A stretch of 63,566 nt of DNA, the filler included, from Stramenopiles sp. TOSAG23-2 (Eukaryota), in NCBI GenBank assembly GCA_900128395.1. It is 51 parts of 51 records of this genome, joined end to end, with 100 filler letters (N's around TTAATTAATTAA, not from the genome) between each part and the next. Parts side by side here need not be neighbours in the genome. Positions count along the whole stretch, not along the records: positions 1 to 1,161 come from LT653574.1; positions 1,262 to 2,421 come from LT653575.1; positions 2,522 to 3,680 come from LT653576.1; positions 3,781 to 4,939 come from LT653577.1; positions 5,040 to 6,198 come from LT653578.1; positions 6,299 to 7,456 come from LT653579.1; positions 7,557 to 8,713 come from LT653580.1; positions 8,814 to 9,970 come from LT653581.1; 43 more parts are not named here. One strand, given 5' to 3'. This document shows positions 1-11,326 of this stretch, piece by piece. The notes below the pieces were generated by a model. The model was not told where the DNA came from and did not search any database. It saw only the letters and a list, made by a program, of their open reading frames with translations. The position numbers and the translations under genes are program-made. The stretch's first letter is position 1. Every line of letters begins with the position of its first letter.

Positions 1-14
1 ATAAAAAATCATTT

Positions 15-593
15 TTACATTCCAGTTGCACCAGAAGCACCTCCGGATGCAGCACTATTTAAAAGTTTATTCTTCGCTTTCGTTGTCTCTAATTTGGTTT
101 TCTTTAATAATTTTTCTGTTTTTTTCATTAAAGCTGCTACTGCACCTTTCTCTTGTTGACTACTTCCTGTTGCGCCAGTTCCACCAGTTCCACCGGTTGA
201 GCCAGTTGAGCCTGTACCGCCAGTTGGTTTTGGTGGTGGTGGTGGTACCATATCTAACAAAGGTTGATTAATATGTGGAACAGCTGGTGGAAGTGGAGTA
301 CATCCAAGCTCACTAAACCATAAACATCCTAAATAACAATGTTCACTAGATACATTTCCTGCCATATCTTTTGGCAAAAATGCTAAATTATCGCATTTGA
401 AACGACATCGTTGAAGTGCACTACCTTCTGGAATTTTTGGAAGTTCCACGTCTCCTTCACCTCTGATAGTTCCCATACTATTAAATTGTAAACTACCTTC
501 CTCAGCTTGATTGCCAAGTCTAACTGATACAACAATTTCTCCTATACATAATGTTGCAAGTAGCAATATAATTACTTTCGTTGCCGTCTTCAT
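15..593 (-). CDS. Putative secreted protein with Cys cluster, poly-Pro and Gly/Thr/Ser-rich linker
   Basis: ATG at 593, signal-peptide-like hydrophobic N-terminus (VIILLLATLCIG), CxxxC motifs, PPPPPPKP then TGGTGSTG repeats; the 3' end may run into an intron. Confidence 0.6.
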   Translation of the reverse strand: MKTATKVIILLLATLCIGEIVVSVRLGNQAEEGSLQFNSMGTIRGEGDVELPKIPEGSALQRCRFKCDNLAFLPKDMAGNVSSEHCYLGCLWFSELGCTPLPPAVPHINQPLLDMVPPPPPKPTGGTGSTGSTGGTGGTGATGSSQQEKGAVAALMKKTEKLLKKTKLETTKAKNKLLNSAASGGASGATGM

Positions 594-833
594 GATTGAT
601 TTATATACCTCTCGTATATGTTATTATATATATATATTATGTAAACTTGTGTATTCTCTTCCTCTCTAACTACTTATTAATTATATTATTTAATGTTGCA
701 AGTAGCAATATAATTACTTTCGTTGCCGTCTTCATGATTGATTTATATACCTCTCGTTATTGTTATTATATATATATATTATGTAAACTTGTGTATTCTC
801 TTCCTCTCTAACTACTTATTAATTATATTATTT
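549..833. repeat. Near-exact tandem duplication, period about 142 bp
   Basis: TAATGTTGCAAGTAGC... begins at 549 and again at 691. Confidence 0.9.
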
Positions 834-1161
834 GTTTTTAAATAATATATATTTTTTTATTTTCCATTGTATTACTATACTACTAATGTGATTCTTCTCA
901 TATTTTGATGCTATCCCTCCCCCCCTCCTTTTTTAATCATTTTTCTAGGCACCTTTTCTGTGAAAAAGTTTGTTGTAAGTAAGCTATACGACGACACATA
1001 TAACAAAAAAATAATTTTGAAAATTATTTCGTCTGGTATTGTTTGTTGCACTTATAATAGTAAATAATAATACTTTGCACCTTTACTTCTTTCTATTTAT
1101 TATTATTACATATGACAACAGTATTTTTTTCATATAACAGTTGTTTTCCATTCAACAGACT

Positions 1162-1261
1162 NNNNNNNNNNNNNNNNNNNNNNNNNNNNNNNNNNNNNNN
1201 NNNNNTTAATTAATTAANNNNNNNNNNNNNNNNNNNNNNNNNNNNNNNNNNNNNNNNNNNN
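1162..1261. other. Artificial contig linker N44-TTAATTAATTAA-N44 (first of 50 copies, about every 1.25 kb)
   Basis: Identical 100-bp unit with stops in all six frames; flanking contigs decrease steadily in length. Confidence 0.99.
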
Positions 1262-2421
1262 ATGAAAGTCAATTAAAAATCAAATTGGAAGAAACACAAA
1301 ATATTAATTCAACTACATTATTAGCATCATCATCAAAGACGACGACGACGACAGAAGGGGGTGGAGGGGGAGAAAAGGATGGTGCTACGAATGATAATAG
1401 CAGTAGTAATAGCAAAATTACAAAACCAAATGGTAAGTATAGTCAAATACAATATGTATATCATATATATATATATATAACTTAATGGTGCATCGTCGGT
1501 ACCCACACCATTTCTTTCAATCGGCATTTATTTGTTAGCAGGTTATTACCATGTTGCTGGCATTTTTGCTGGCATTTTTGCTGGCATTTTTGCTGGTATT
1601 TTTGCTGGTATTTTTGCTGGTATTTTTGCTGATATTTTTGCTGGTTATTCACTCCGCCAACCTTAGGCAGCTTATTCACTCCGCCAACCTTAGGCAGGTG
1701 GTCCGCCAACCTTAGGCAGTTATTCACTCCGCCAACCTTAGGCAGCTTATTCACTCCGCCAACCTTAGGCAGGTGGTCCGCCAACCTTAGGCAGATGGTC
1801 CACCAACCTTAGGCAGGTTATTCACTCCGCCAACCTTAGGCAGGTTCTTCACTCCGCCAACCTCAGGCAGGTTATTCACAGGTTATTCACAGGTTATTCA
1901 CAGGTTATTCACAGGTTATTCACAGGTTACTAACTTCGACTTCACACCTACCTCTGCTCGTACGTACGGTCGTGTACAGATTTAGAGCTACGATCATCCG
2001 TTTATTTAATCAAACGACAAGCTGATACTGGTAAATTTGGATGCGATTTAAAGGAATTGTTATATAATAATAAAGTCGTTGGTGTGGAATTGTTAAGCAT
2101 TTCCCATCGTCCAGAATTATCAACACCCGTACTGATACAAGCTGTGAATGGATTTCCAATTGTGCCGATGACGTTAGAAGGAGCCATTGCATTGGTATTG
2201 AAAGTCGATGGTATTAAAAATCCATGTCGTTTTGATATATTACAACGTATTCAAGGTAAAGAAAAAATAAAATTACCATGTGATCGATATGGCCATTTTA
2301 AAGTAAATCCATTGACCTTGTATTATGATGAAATACCAAAAACTAGCGGTTTATATTATCGTATAGCAAGGCAAAAAAATATACAAACACGTGTTATGAA
2401 ATCATTTAACGATGCAAATGG
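1262..2421 (+). CDS. PDZ-like domain protein, partial; exons 1262-1432 and 1980-2421, intron 1433-1979
   Basis: GTAAGT donor at 1433, TACTAAC at 1928-1934, TACAG acceptor ending 1979; the G|AT join is in frame with ORF 2057; GKFGCDL and IQAVNGFPIVPMTLEGAIALV match the PDZ pattern. Confidence 0.75.
1553..1934. repeat. Compound intronic minisatellite: 12-mer, then ~20-28-mer, then 11-mer arrays
   Basis: (TTTTTGCTGGYA)x~7, TTATTCACTCCGCCAACCTTAGGCAG-type units, then (GGTTATTCACA)x5. Confidence 0.95.
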
Positions 2422-2521
2422 NNNNNNNNNNNNNNNNNNNNNNNNNNNNNNNNNNNNNNNNNNNNTTAATTAATTAANNNNNNNNNNNNNNNNNNNNNNN
2501 NNNNNNNNNNNNNNNNNNNNN

Positions 2522-3406
2522 ATAATAATATGACATTGAAAGCATACGTGAATCAAGTCGGTAAAGATAGTCGTGGGTGCGAATATACACCTTTAGAAGC
2601 AGCAACAGACCAAGCTATTATTGACTATTTGGTAGATATTGCATATGCTGATGAAACAGAGTTAGTGAGAAAATATAAAAAAGAATTTCCACGCAGTACG
2701 CCATTAGTATGTGCTTGTCAAAAAGGACGTTTTGAGGATGTGAAATTATTGATTACAGGGTATAATGATGTGAATGGTAGTAATGGTAATAATAATAATA
2801 ATAATATGACATTGAAAGCATACGTGAATCAAGTCGGTAAAGATAGTCGTGGGTGCGAATATACACCTTTAGAAGCAGCAACAGACCAAGCTATTATTGA
2901 CTATTTGGTAGATATTGCATATGCTGATGAAACAGAGTTAGAGTATGTGCTTGTCAAAAAGGACGTTTTGAGGATGTGAAATTATTGATTACAGGGTATA
3001 ATGATGTGAATGGTAGTAATGGTAATAATAATAATAATAATATGACATTGGAAGAATACGTGAATCAAGAAGGTAAAGATAGTCGTGGTCGGCGACGTAC
3101 ACCTTTAAAAGCAGCAGACAAACACGAAGAAATTATTGACTATTTGTTAGATATTGTATATGCTGGTGAAACAGAGTTAGTGAGGAAATATAAAAAAGAA
3201 TTTCCAGAAGGTACACCAATAGTATGTGCATGTGAAGAAGGACGTTTTGAGGATGTGAAATTATTGATTACAGACTATAATGATGTGAATGGTAGTAATG
3301 GTAATAATAATAATAATAGGTACACCAATAGTATGTGCATGTGAAGAAGGACGTTTTGAGGATGTGAAATTATTGATTACTCATTGTAATGATGGGAATG
3401 GTAGTA

Positions 3407-3451
<45 letters not shown>

Positions 3452-3680
3452 TGACATCGAAACAATATGTGAATCAAGAAGGTAAAGATAGTAGTGGTTG
3501 TAGATGTGCACCTTTAGAAGCAGCAACAGACCAAGCTATTATTGACTATTTGGTAGATATTATATATGCTGATGAAACAGAGTTAGTGAGGAAATATAAA
3601 AAAGAATTTCCAGAAGGTACGCCATTAGTATGTGCATGTGAAAAAGGACGTTTTGAGGATGTGAAATTATTGATTACAGG
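2522..3680 (+). CDS. Ankyrin-like tandem repeat protein with poly-Asn inserts, partial and frameshifted
   Basis: Repeated TPLVCACEKGRFEDVKLLIT...NNNNNMTL.YVNQ.GKDSRG..TPL units split across ORFs 2530, 2976 and 3289. Confidence 0.8.
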
Positions 3681-4114
3681 NNNNNNNNNNNNNNNNNNNN
3701 NNNNNNNNNNNNNNNNNNNNNNNNTTAATTAATTAANNNNNNNNNNNNNNNNNNNNNNNNNNNNNNNNNNNNNNNNNNNNCCGTCCTGCATTTACATGAA
3801 ATAATGATATATTGGTATGTGTATAAATATAATGTACGTAATGAAGCGCTGTATATATATGAAGAGGTACATGTATATATATATATATATATTGTATGCT
3901 GTCGAATAATGGGACTTTAAAGCACTATTACATTAACCGATATATATGGTTTAAAAAGCTTTAACTGTATTCAGTCTAGACGATGTATTATTAGTTTGTG
4001 TGATAAAAACTTATGTATTTTGTGTGTAAAATAGCTACATACAGTATCCACCAGGTGGTACTAGAAGTAATTACTGTACACTATTAACTTACAGTAGTGC
4101 CTTCTTACCGTACT

Positions 4115-4589
4115 TAGAGCCGCTCCGTTTTTTGTCGGGTGGTCACCTCTCTCTGTTGTCACCTCTTTAAACCGAGAAAACGGGAAAAACGAATTTGGCA
4201 CATTTAAAAATTTTCAACACTTAAATAATTAAATTTTCAGTTTTCGAATAATTTTTATTATAAGTCACATGCTACTAGTTAAGGTAATTAACCAACTGAA
4301 ATAGACTAAAATTTAGCTATATAAAAATATAGTGTAATAAGTGTATAATTTAATTATATACTCCTTACATTATTAAATTTTTTCTATTAGTAGTTATTTA
4401 ACGATCCGTCTAATAATTACCTTAACTAGTATTATGTGACTTATAATAAAAATTATTCGAAAACTGAAAATTTAATTATTTAAGTGTTGAAAATTTTAAA
4501 AATTGCCAAATTGCCAAATCCCGTTTTTTCGGTTTAAAGAGGTGACCACAGAGAGAGGCGACCACCCGACATAAAACGGAGCAGCTCTA
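4115..4589. mobile_element. MITE/foldback-like element with ~175-bp imperfect terminal inverted repeats
   Basis: 4115-4290 is the reverse complement of 4414-4589 (TAGAGCCGCTCCG...AAGGTAATTA / TAATTACCTT...CGGAGCAGCTCTA); non-coding. Confidence 0.85.
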
Positions 4590-5039
4590 CAGTAGAATAC
4601 TGAAGCTCTGCTTAAACCCTTAAAACCTATAAAATCAGAAAATTCTATGTCTTACGTGAAAAATGAATGGAAAATAAAAAATAAAAAAAGATACTAATAT
4701 TAGATCGAGTTAATATCGAGTTAAAATATAATATTACGAGGTACATACATATTCATCATAGATATCATTATTATACATATTAGTACATTAAAGTGGTATC
4801 ATCAATTTTCATTTTGATAAGTATTTAATAACTAACATATAGGATATCAAGAAATATAGTACGTACGTACGTACATACACACACATATATATACGTGTAA
4901 TAATAATAATTTAAATATATAGCATACAACATGTCAGATNNNNNNNNNNNNNNNNNNNNNNNNNNNNNNNNNNNNNNNNNNNNTTAATTAATTAANNNNN
5001 NNNNNNNNNNNNNNNNNNNNNNNNNNNNNNNNNNNNNNN

Positions 5040-6024
5040 TGTATCGACGATACGTGATCGCCTATTGCAATTAGTAGAGATTGAAGAGGAGCATTTAAAA
5101 GATCGTGCAAATATATTGAAACGATTGAAAAATGCAGTTAATGCAATTGATCCAACATCAGATTTAAGATTATTTACCCATGATCAAAAAGTTCGAGCAT
5201 TATGTGGTGGACAATGGCGTTCGTTTAATGAAGATTATGGTAGTGGAATTGATAATAAAAAAGATAATAATAATAAAGGCAACAATAAGGAGGATCAAGA
5301 TAAAAATGCACTTGAAAATTTTATTCAACAAATCTTTTTAGCTACTTCCAATGATGAAGTAGAACAAAATATTACAAAGGAGTTAATGGATGAAATAAAT
5401 ATTTTATTAGAAAAAGAACGTAATCGGAAATTAGTAATACGTTTAATGAATTTACAACGTAGTAAACGTCAAGATGTTGGTCCAGGTTTTAGTATTGTAG
5501 TTGATGTTATGAATATTTTTTTAGATAAATGTGTGCAACAAAATGATGTAAAAGGAGGTAAAATGATGATGATTATGAGTGAAACTTTTTTTCGCTTTAA
5601 AGATAATAATAATGAAAATGGTGCACGATCAACCAATGACCAGAGAAATAGTAGTAGTAGTAGTAGTAGTAGTGCTACTAGAGAAAATCGAAGAGAATAT
5701 TTGCAAGAAAGTATTAAAAATCATCGTATTTGGCAAAATCCACATTTTTGGGAAGAAGCATTTTTTTTATCTGTTCGTGAAGAAGTTGTGAAACATTTAA
5801 AACAAGTTCATGAAGGCAGTGTAAATAAAGAATCAAACTTTTCCGAATTCTATAAAAATATATTGTTTGGGCAATTAGGAAGCTATGCGTTGAACATGTT
5901 AAATTTTGGTGTTACATTGGAAGTAACATTGTCCTTTATACACAAACTTTGTATTGTAAATCGTATTGGTGAAGAAAAACGAATGATGTTGACTGAAAAT
6001 GCTAAAATGGTACATAATAAATGA
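5040..6024 (+). CDS. SBF1/SBF2-domain-like protein, C-terminal part
   Basis: Open from contig edge; IKNHRIWQNPHFWEEAFF...ILFGQLGSYALNMLNFGV resembles the SBF2 domain; upstream coiled coil. Confidence 0.65.
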
Positions 6025-6298
6025 TGAAGGAGGGAGCACCATAGAGAGAGATATGGGGCAAAGAGATACGTTCGTAAAAAAAAGTGTGTTCTGCGTGTGC
6101 GAGATGTGTTCGAGGATAGTACGTATTTTTATACGACGCGTACTATGTGTCTTAGTAAAATACTTAATTGCGTCTTGATTTTTTTTGTTGTAGTGTGTNN
6201 NNNNNNNNNNNNNNNNNNNNNNNNNNNNNNNNNNNNNNNNNNTTAATTAATTAANNNNNNNNNNNNNNNNNNNNNNNNNNNNNNNNNNNNNNNNNNNN

Positions 6299-6378
6299 GA
6301 CTGGATTTATTTGTATGCGGCGACCAGCTTTTGAAGGGTGCTGCTTTAAATGCTGTCCAAATTGCCGAAGTACTGTGA
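6299..6378 (+). CDS. asd: Aspartate-semialdehyde dehydrogenase, C-terminal 25 aa (not in ORF track)
   Basis: Manual translation from 6301: LDLFVCGDQLLKGAALNAVQIAEVL*, matching the conserved D-x-x-x-KGAALNAVQIAE end. Confidence 0.85.
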
Positions 6379-7011
6379 GTTTTGCAGTTGTATTATATGT
6401 ATCATATATGATATATCCCCACTGATATGATATATAAATATGATTATATGATAATATGTATATATATATTATAATATATATATATATATATATCATAAGA
6501 TATGAAGTAGACCATACGACTTATAAAAATGCATAGGGGAATCACAAGAATCATGTACTCTGTGTATCATATTAATTTGTACTACTGTAGCATAACTGCG
6601 AAATATGATAATACGCATTTTTATGATAAAAAATACGTCGTGATAATTCCTACGAAGTTCGTACTCTTCAAAGGATACAATGACTGAGACAATAAATATT
6701 TATCTCACACTAGGGTGTTTTGATATTCTCATTTATTTGAAAGAGAAAATATGATACTAAAATGAAGATAAATATGCATAGATGGTTTTATGATATTAAA
6801 AAATACTCAGAATCATATGATATTTCACATTTTTTATTATTTGGGGGGTAAATTATAGTCTTGAGAAATGTTATGTGTGATAATATAAAAAATAACATAA
6901 AATTTAGTGTTATCACTATATCCATATTAGCTTAATTACACAGTGATATACGACACACACACACACACAAGTTTAAAGTGTTATCATCATATTTATCTAT
7001 CAATTAAAAAA

Positions 7012-7456
7012 TCAATCTAATAAAAAAGAAAATAAATCATCATCATCATCCCTGTCTCCACTAATAATTGCAAAATCATTAGCATTCATATCTGGCGACC
7101 CACCAATACTGAGACTATTCGAAGACAATCTATTATGCGCACCAGTATCTGAAAGTTTTATATTACTATAATTGCTACTATTATTATCGCTAATATTTGA
7201 TGCATCATTCGGAGTAGAATGATTCATACTACTACTATTAGAATCCGCCATTAAATCTGCTATGTCAAAATCTTCCCAACTAGAGGAGCTATTCCTAATT
7301 TTAGCACCGTTTGGTAATTTTTCATAACCACCATATCTAATAATATTTTCAGCATGACGACGCATCATTTCACGATGTAGTTTGTATTGCATTCCAAATT
7401 CTTCAGCAGCACCAGATGTAATGGAATCATCAACATTAAATGAATTTCCTCTACTA
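7012..7456 (-). CDS. Unknown protein, C-terminal Ser/Asn/Asp-rich part
   Basis: Coding-like ORF ending DDDDDLFSFLLD*; no domain recognised. Confidence 0.5.
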
Positions 7457-7556
7457 NNNNNNNNNNNNNNNNNNNNNNNNNNNNNNNNNNNNNNNNNNNN
7501 TTAATTAATTAANNNNNNNNNNNNNNNNNNNNNNNNNNNNNNNNNNNNNNNNNNNN

Positions 7557-8408
7557 ACTACGAATATTTCTGTTTCAAAATATCAGCAACTTTCACTCCT
7601 TTTCTAGCGTAATTCGTTTTACAAACTAAACATTTCCAATCGAAGACAGCCAGCTCCTCTTTGTAGTGTTTGTATCCATATAGAGAAAACCCTAATTTCG
7701 CAGCTTCAACAATTGAAATGGGATTTTGCAAAACGCATGCACTTACAAAACGCATTGGGACATCCAAGGGTTTTATATCTGGATAGTTAGATAAATCAGG
7801 GGCTGGATAAGCCAATGGATGTGGCGCAGATGGCAAGACATATACTTTTTTCCATGGTTTCGCACCTTTTTCTAATAGCAAGGATGCAACTTCATGGTTT
7901 CCGTTGAAATATGCTTCTGCCAAAACATTTCGTGATGTTCTTATCTCATCGCGAATAAGCCTTAACGCAGCTTTCAATTGAAATTCATGACCAAATTCTC
8001 GTAAACGAAAACTATGTGCCCTTGCTGGTGTCCATGCACCACGTGTATTTAACCACAGTTTAAATCTAACTACTAGCTGTATTGGGAAGAAATTTTATGA
8101 TAATGTGCTAATCTTGCCCAATCTAAAGCAGTTTTACCTTTATTATCCTTTGCAAAAATAATTTTTTCTAATATATTATTACTTCGCGCAACATCTATTA
8201 ATAAACGCGCAATACGTAAATGTCCATTACCAGCAGCTCGCATCAATGCATTACGTCCATAATGATTCACCTTCATTTGATTATTTTGATCTTTTAATAA
8301 CATATCTAATACTTCATCATAATCGCCATTTGCACATGCTTTCATTAACGGCGTTTCTCCGAATTCATTACGATCTTCATCGTATACTTCTATATCTTCT
8401 ATTTTCAT
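7557..8408 (-). CDS. Ankyrin repeat protein with a frame break near 8075
   Basis: GETPLMKACANG, GRNALMRAAGNGH, GKTALDWAR; a second frame opens just after the stop and continues as ORF 7558-7977. Confidence 0.75.
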
Positions 8409-8842
8409 CTTTTCTTTATATTATATATATTTATACGTATTTCTATTTGTGTTTTATGGTTTCCTTTCTTCTTAGTTTCATGTTTTCTTTTAGGATATAT
8501 AATAATTTGACCAATATATAGTATTTTCTTTTTTTTAACGGAATCTTTTGGCATAATAGCTCGCTAGCTCGAGCTAATACCCAGCAACCGGTACTGTATA
8601 TGGTTTAGTATAGGCACACCACAGCACACTTGGTATAATTAATATTTAAGGTATAGCCTGGACGCGCGTCATTAGTCGTCTGACGAACGTCATTATAAAT
8701 TAAAATATTAACANNNNNNNNNNNNNNNNNNNNNNNNNNNNNNNNNNNNNNNNNNNNTTAATTAATTAANNNNNNNNNNNNNNNNNNNNNNNNNNNNNNN
8801 NNNNNNNNNNNNNATCTCTTTTCCTAGGTACACTTAAGCTAG

Positions 8843-9970
8843 ATGTTTTTTCTCCTTTTGATGGTGGTCTATCTTTTGGGTGTGCAAAATGATGTTTTGA
8901 CAAAGAATACTGCACTTAAAAATTGTACTGTGGTTCGTGGGAACTTTGGTGTAGATAAATTTCCACAGGTGAAGATTCTATTGCAAACAGAAGGTAAGAA
9001 CAACCATGCATTGTACAATATTATTAATCGTCATCATAGACATTATGATGATGAAGCTGAACATCATGTTGGTTCCAATATTGTTATATTTCACACTGGG
9101 ACATATGAAAGTGCATACAAATTGTTGCTTGCAATTGAATCAAATACATGTGCAGACAAGGATGACTTTGCAATAACAGCATTTGCTACAACATCACCAT
9201 GGAAAGTTAACCAATTCAATGATGATGATGGCAAAAAAAACATTATGATTGCAACAAAAACATTTTCAAATGGTGTTGTAGTTAATGCAAATGTTGTTGT
9301 GTTGACTGATATGTTGAAAGGTCCAATACATGATGTTGTTCAAAAAGCTGGTCGGCCAACACGGCAAACAGGTACAACATCACTATATTTGCTTGTAAAA
9401 CCAACACTACAACCTATTATTGATGCTGTGAAAGGAAAGTGTGGACCATGGAGTATTGATGGATTACAGGATACAGCAAATCTACTACTAAGCACCCTTG
9501 CTGGTTATTGCTTTTACCAAAACGTCCAAGATATATTTGGTTATGAGGTTATCCCTTCAAGATATTGTAACAAGTGCCCTGTATGTCATGCAGCAGCAAA
9601 ACACAGTACATATGCCAGATGTGTTGAACCAACAAATGCAGACAAAAAACAAATTTTTGATCAAATTAATGTAGTATTACTTGCACCAGAGAATGACTTT
9701 GCTAATTGCAATGATGTTGTGAAAAAATGGCCAGATACAATTATTGGTCATAATTTAAAATTATTTGCATTGCAATTAATATGTGAAGGTTACCTTCGAG
9801 TTGTTGCTCACCCAAGTGGAAACATATGTTATTTCAGGCATACCACAAAGTGGCAACAGGAAACATTTACAAATGATACAACTATCAGAATTAAATTTGA
9901 ATTGGAGCAATTGGACCCTGCAAATATAGGGACATTGTTGTTTGAGAATCACAATCAACCATGCTCTGAT
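8843..9970 (+). CDS. Divergent RecQ-like helicase, C-terminal half (HELICc, Zn-binding, RQC-like)
   Basis: IMIATKTFSNGV (motif V-like), VVQKAGRPTRQ (motif VI-like), CFYQNVQDIFG...CNKCPVC (Zn site), LQLICEGYLRV (winged-helix-like). Confidence 0.7.
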
Positions 9971-10222
9971 NNNNNNNNNNNNNNNNNNNNNNNNNNNNNN
10001 NNNNNNNNNNNNNNTTAATTAATTAANNNNNNNNNNNNNNNNNNNNNNNNNNNNNNNNNNNNNNNNNNNNATACCATATATCCATTGTAAATGGCAGCAC
10101 CAGACTAATAAAAAAATTACGTAAAAAGTGGTGGCAACGCAACAACCAAAAAATACGTGAACACTTCATATCATACACACCCCACACAGCAGAGGCATCA
10201 CACTCTTTCTCATCTCTCAATC

Positions 10223-10705
10223 TCAATAAAACCCATCGTATCCAATAAATTGAGAATCCTCATCGTCATTATTTTTATAAGATGATTCTTCTCGCAAAGG
10301 TTTCACCAATCGTATAAATAAATCATCGCAACATATACATTGTTTGATATTTTGTGTAAATTTAAATTGTACATTACCATCCGTAGATTGTTCAATTATA
10401 TATTTTGGTATATCAATAATTCCAGTCAATATTTCCGTTCCTCTTGTTGGTTCAGTTTTAGGTTTTAGTTCATGCCATATATTTTCACCATCTACGCTAA
10501 TTGATATTTTAATATACCAGTCTAATTTGTTGAAGCAACCACCATCTTCTTCTTTGCATTTACATTTGGGATTTGTAACTGGTATATGAGATGATGGAAT
10601 TTTAGCCTCTTTAATTATGGTTTTACCAGCAAATGCACTTTCTGGTCTATGATGACGTTTATAAACTTTTTTATGACCTTCCTCTTGTTGTTTTGTCCTT
10701 ACTAA
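10223..10705 (-). CDS. Protein fragment with a Reelin-subrepeat-like domain
   Basis: KISISVDGENIWHEL...IDIPKYI...VQFKFTQ...CCDDLFI; 5' end unclear. Confidence 0.4.
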   Translation of the reverse strand, partial: LVRTKQQEEGHKKVYKRHHRPESAFAGKTIIKEAKIPSSHIPVTNPKCKCKEEDGGCFNKLDWYIKISISVDGENIWHELKPKTEPTRGTEILTGIIDIPKYIIEQSTDGNVQFKFTQNIKQCICCDDLFIRLVKPLREESSYKNNDDEDSQFIGYDGFY

Positions 10706-11107
10706 ATGGTAAGAAACAGATGGTCGAAGCAACGAAATACTGCTGCTCCATCACATCGACATCCATTTTTTACGTTTGTAAATGAAATTTCATATTTGAA
10801 ATATGGTGTTACTCGCAGCAGTGTATTTATGTTTGTAGTACGTATAGATGAAACTGAGCGTTTGAAAGATGCTGCAGCGCGTTATAGATTTTTATCCAAT
10901 GAAGAATCAATGAGACAATCATTGAAATTACTTGTTTGTAATTATGATAGTAATCGATACAATCCAAAAGAATCACCTTCACCTGAAGCAATTTCTGCAC
11001 TTTTTAAATGCCCAATAGATGGTAAACATGAAAAAATAATATTTTTAAATGCATTAAAAGGCAATGGTCTGGATTTACTATATGAAGCAATCGATAAATA
11101 TTTTTAG
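10706..11107 (+). CDS. Divergent Arf/Arl-like small GTPase, C-terminal half
   Basis: FMFVVRIDETERLKDA...EESMRQSLKLLVCNY...FLNALKGNGLDLLYEAI aligns by eye with Arf IFVVDSNDRER...LLVFANKQD...CATSGDGLYEGL. Confidence 0.6.
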   Translation: MVRNRWSKQRNTAAPSHRHPFFTFVNEISYLKYGVTRSSVFMFVVRIDETERLKDAAARYRFLSNEESMRQSLKLLVCNYDSNRYNPKESPSPEAISALFKCPIDGKHEKIIFLNALKGNGLDLLYEAIDKYF

Positions 11108-11326
11108 AAAAAGTGGTGTATTCGTATATCATACGTACGTATGAATTACGGCCAAGTTAGCAAATTAATAGCTTGTAGAGTATTATTTTGCAGAGGTGCA
11201 TTAGAGCTTTACTACTCCTTCGTATTNNNNNNNNNNNNNNNNNNNNNNNNNNNNNNNNNNNNNNNNNNNNTTAATTAATTAANNNNNNNNNNNNNNNNNN
11301 NNNNNNNNNNNNNNNNNNNNNNNNNN

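Noticed and set aside
1482-1784. Minus-strand ORF with LPKVGGVN and QQKY repeats
   Set aside because: It is the translation of the intronic minisatellite; the plus-strand exon join explains the region better.
4048-4058. CCACCAGGTGG as a CTCF site
   Set aside because: CTCF is an animal protein and nothing here suggests an animal source; kept only as a palindrome.
7980-8080. In-frame TAG TAG (and TAG near 39092) as stop-codon reassignment
   Set aside because: The downstream coding sequence is in a different frame, and TAA, TAG and TGA all end recognisable genes elsewhere.
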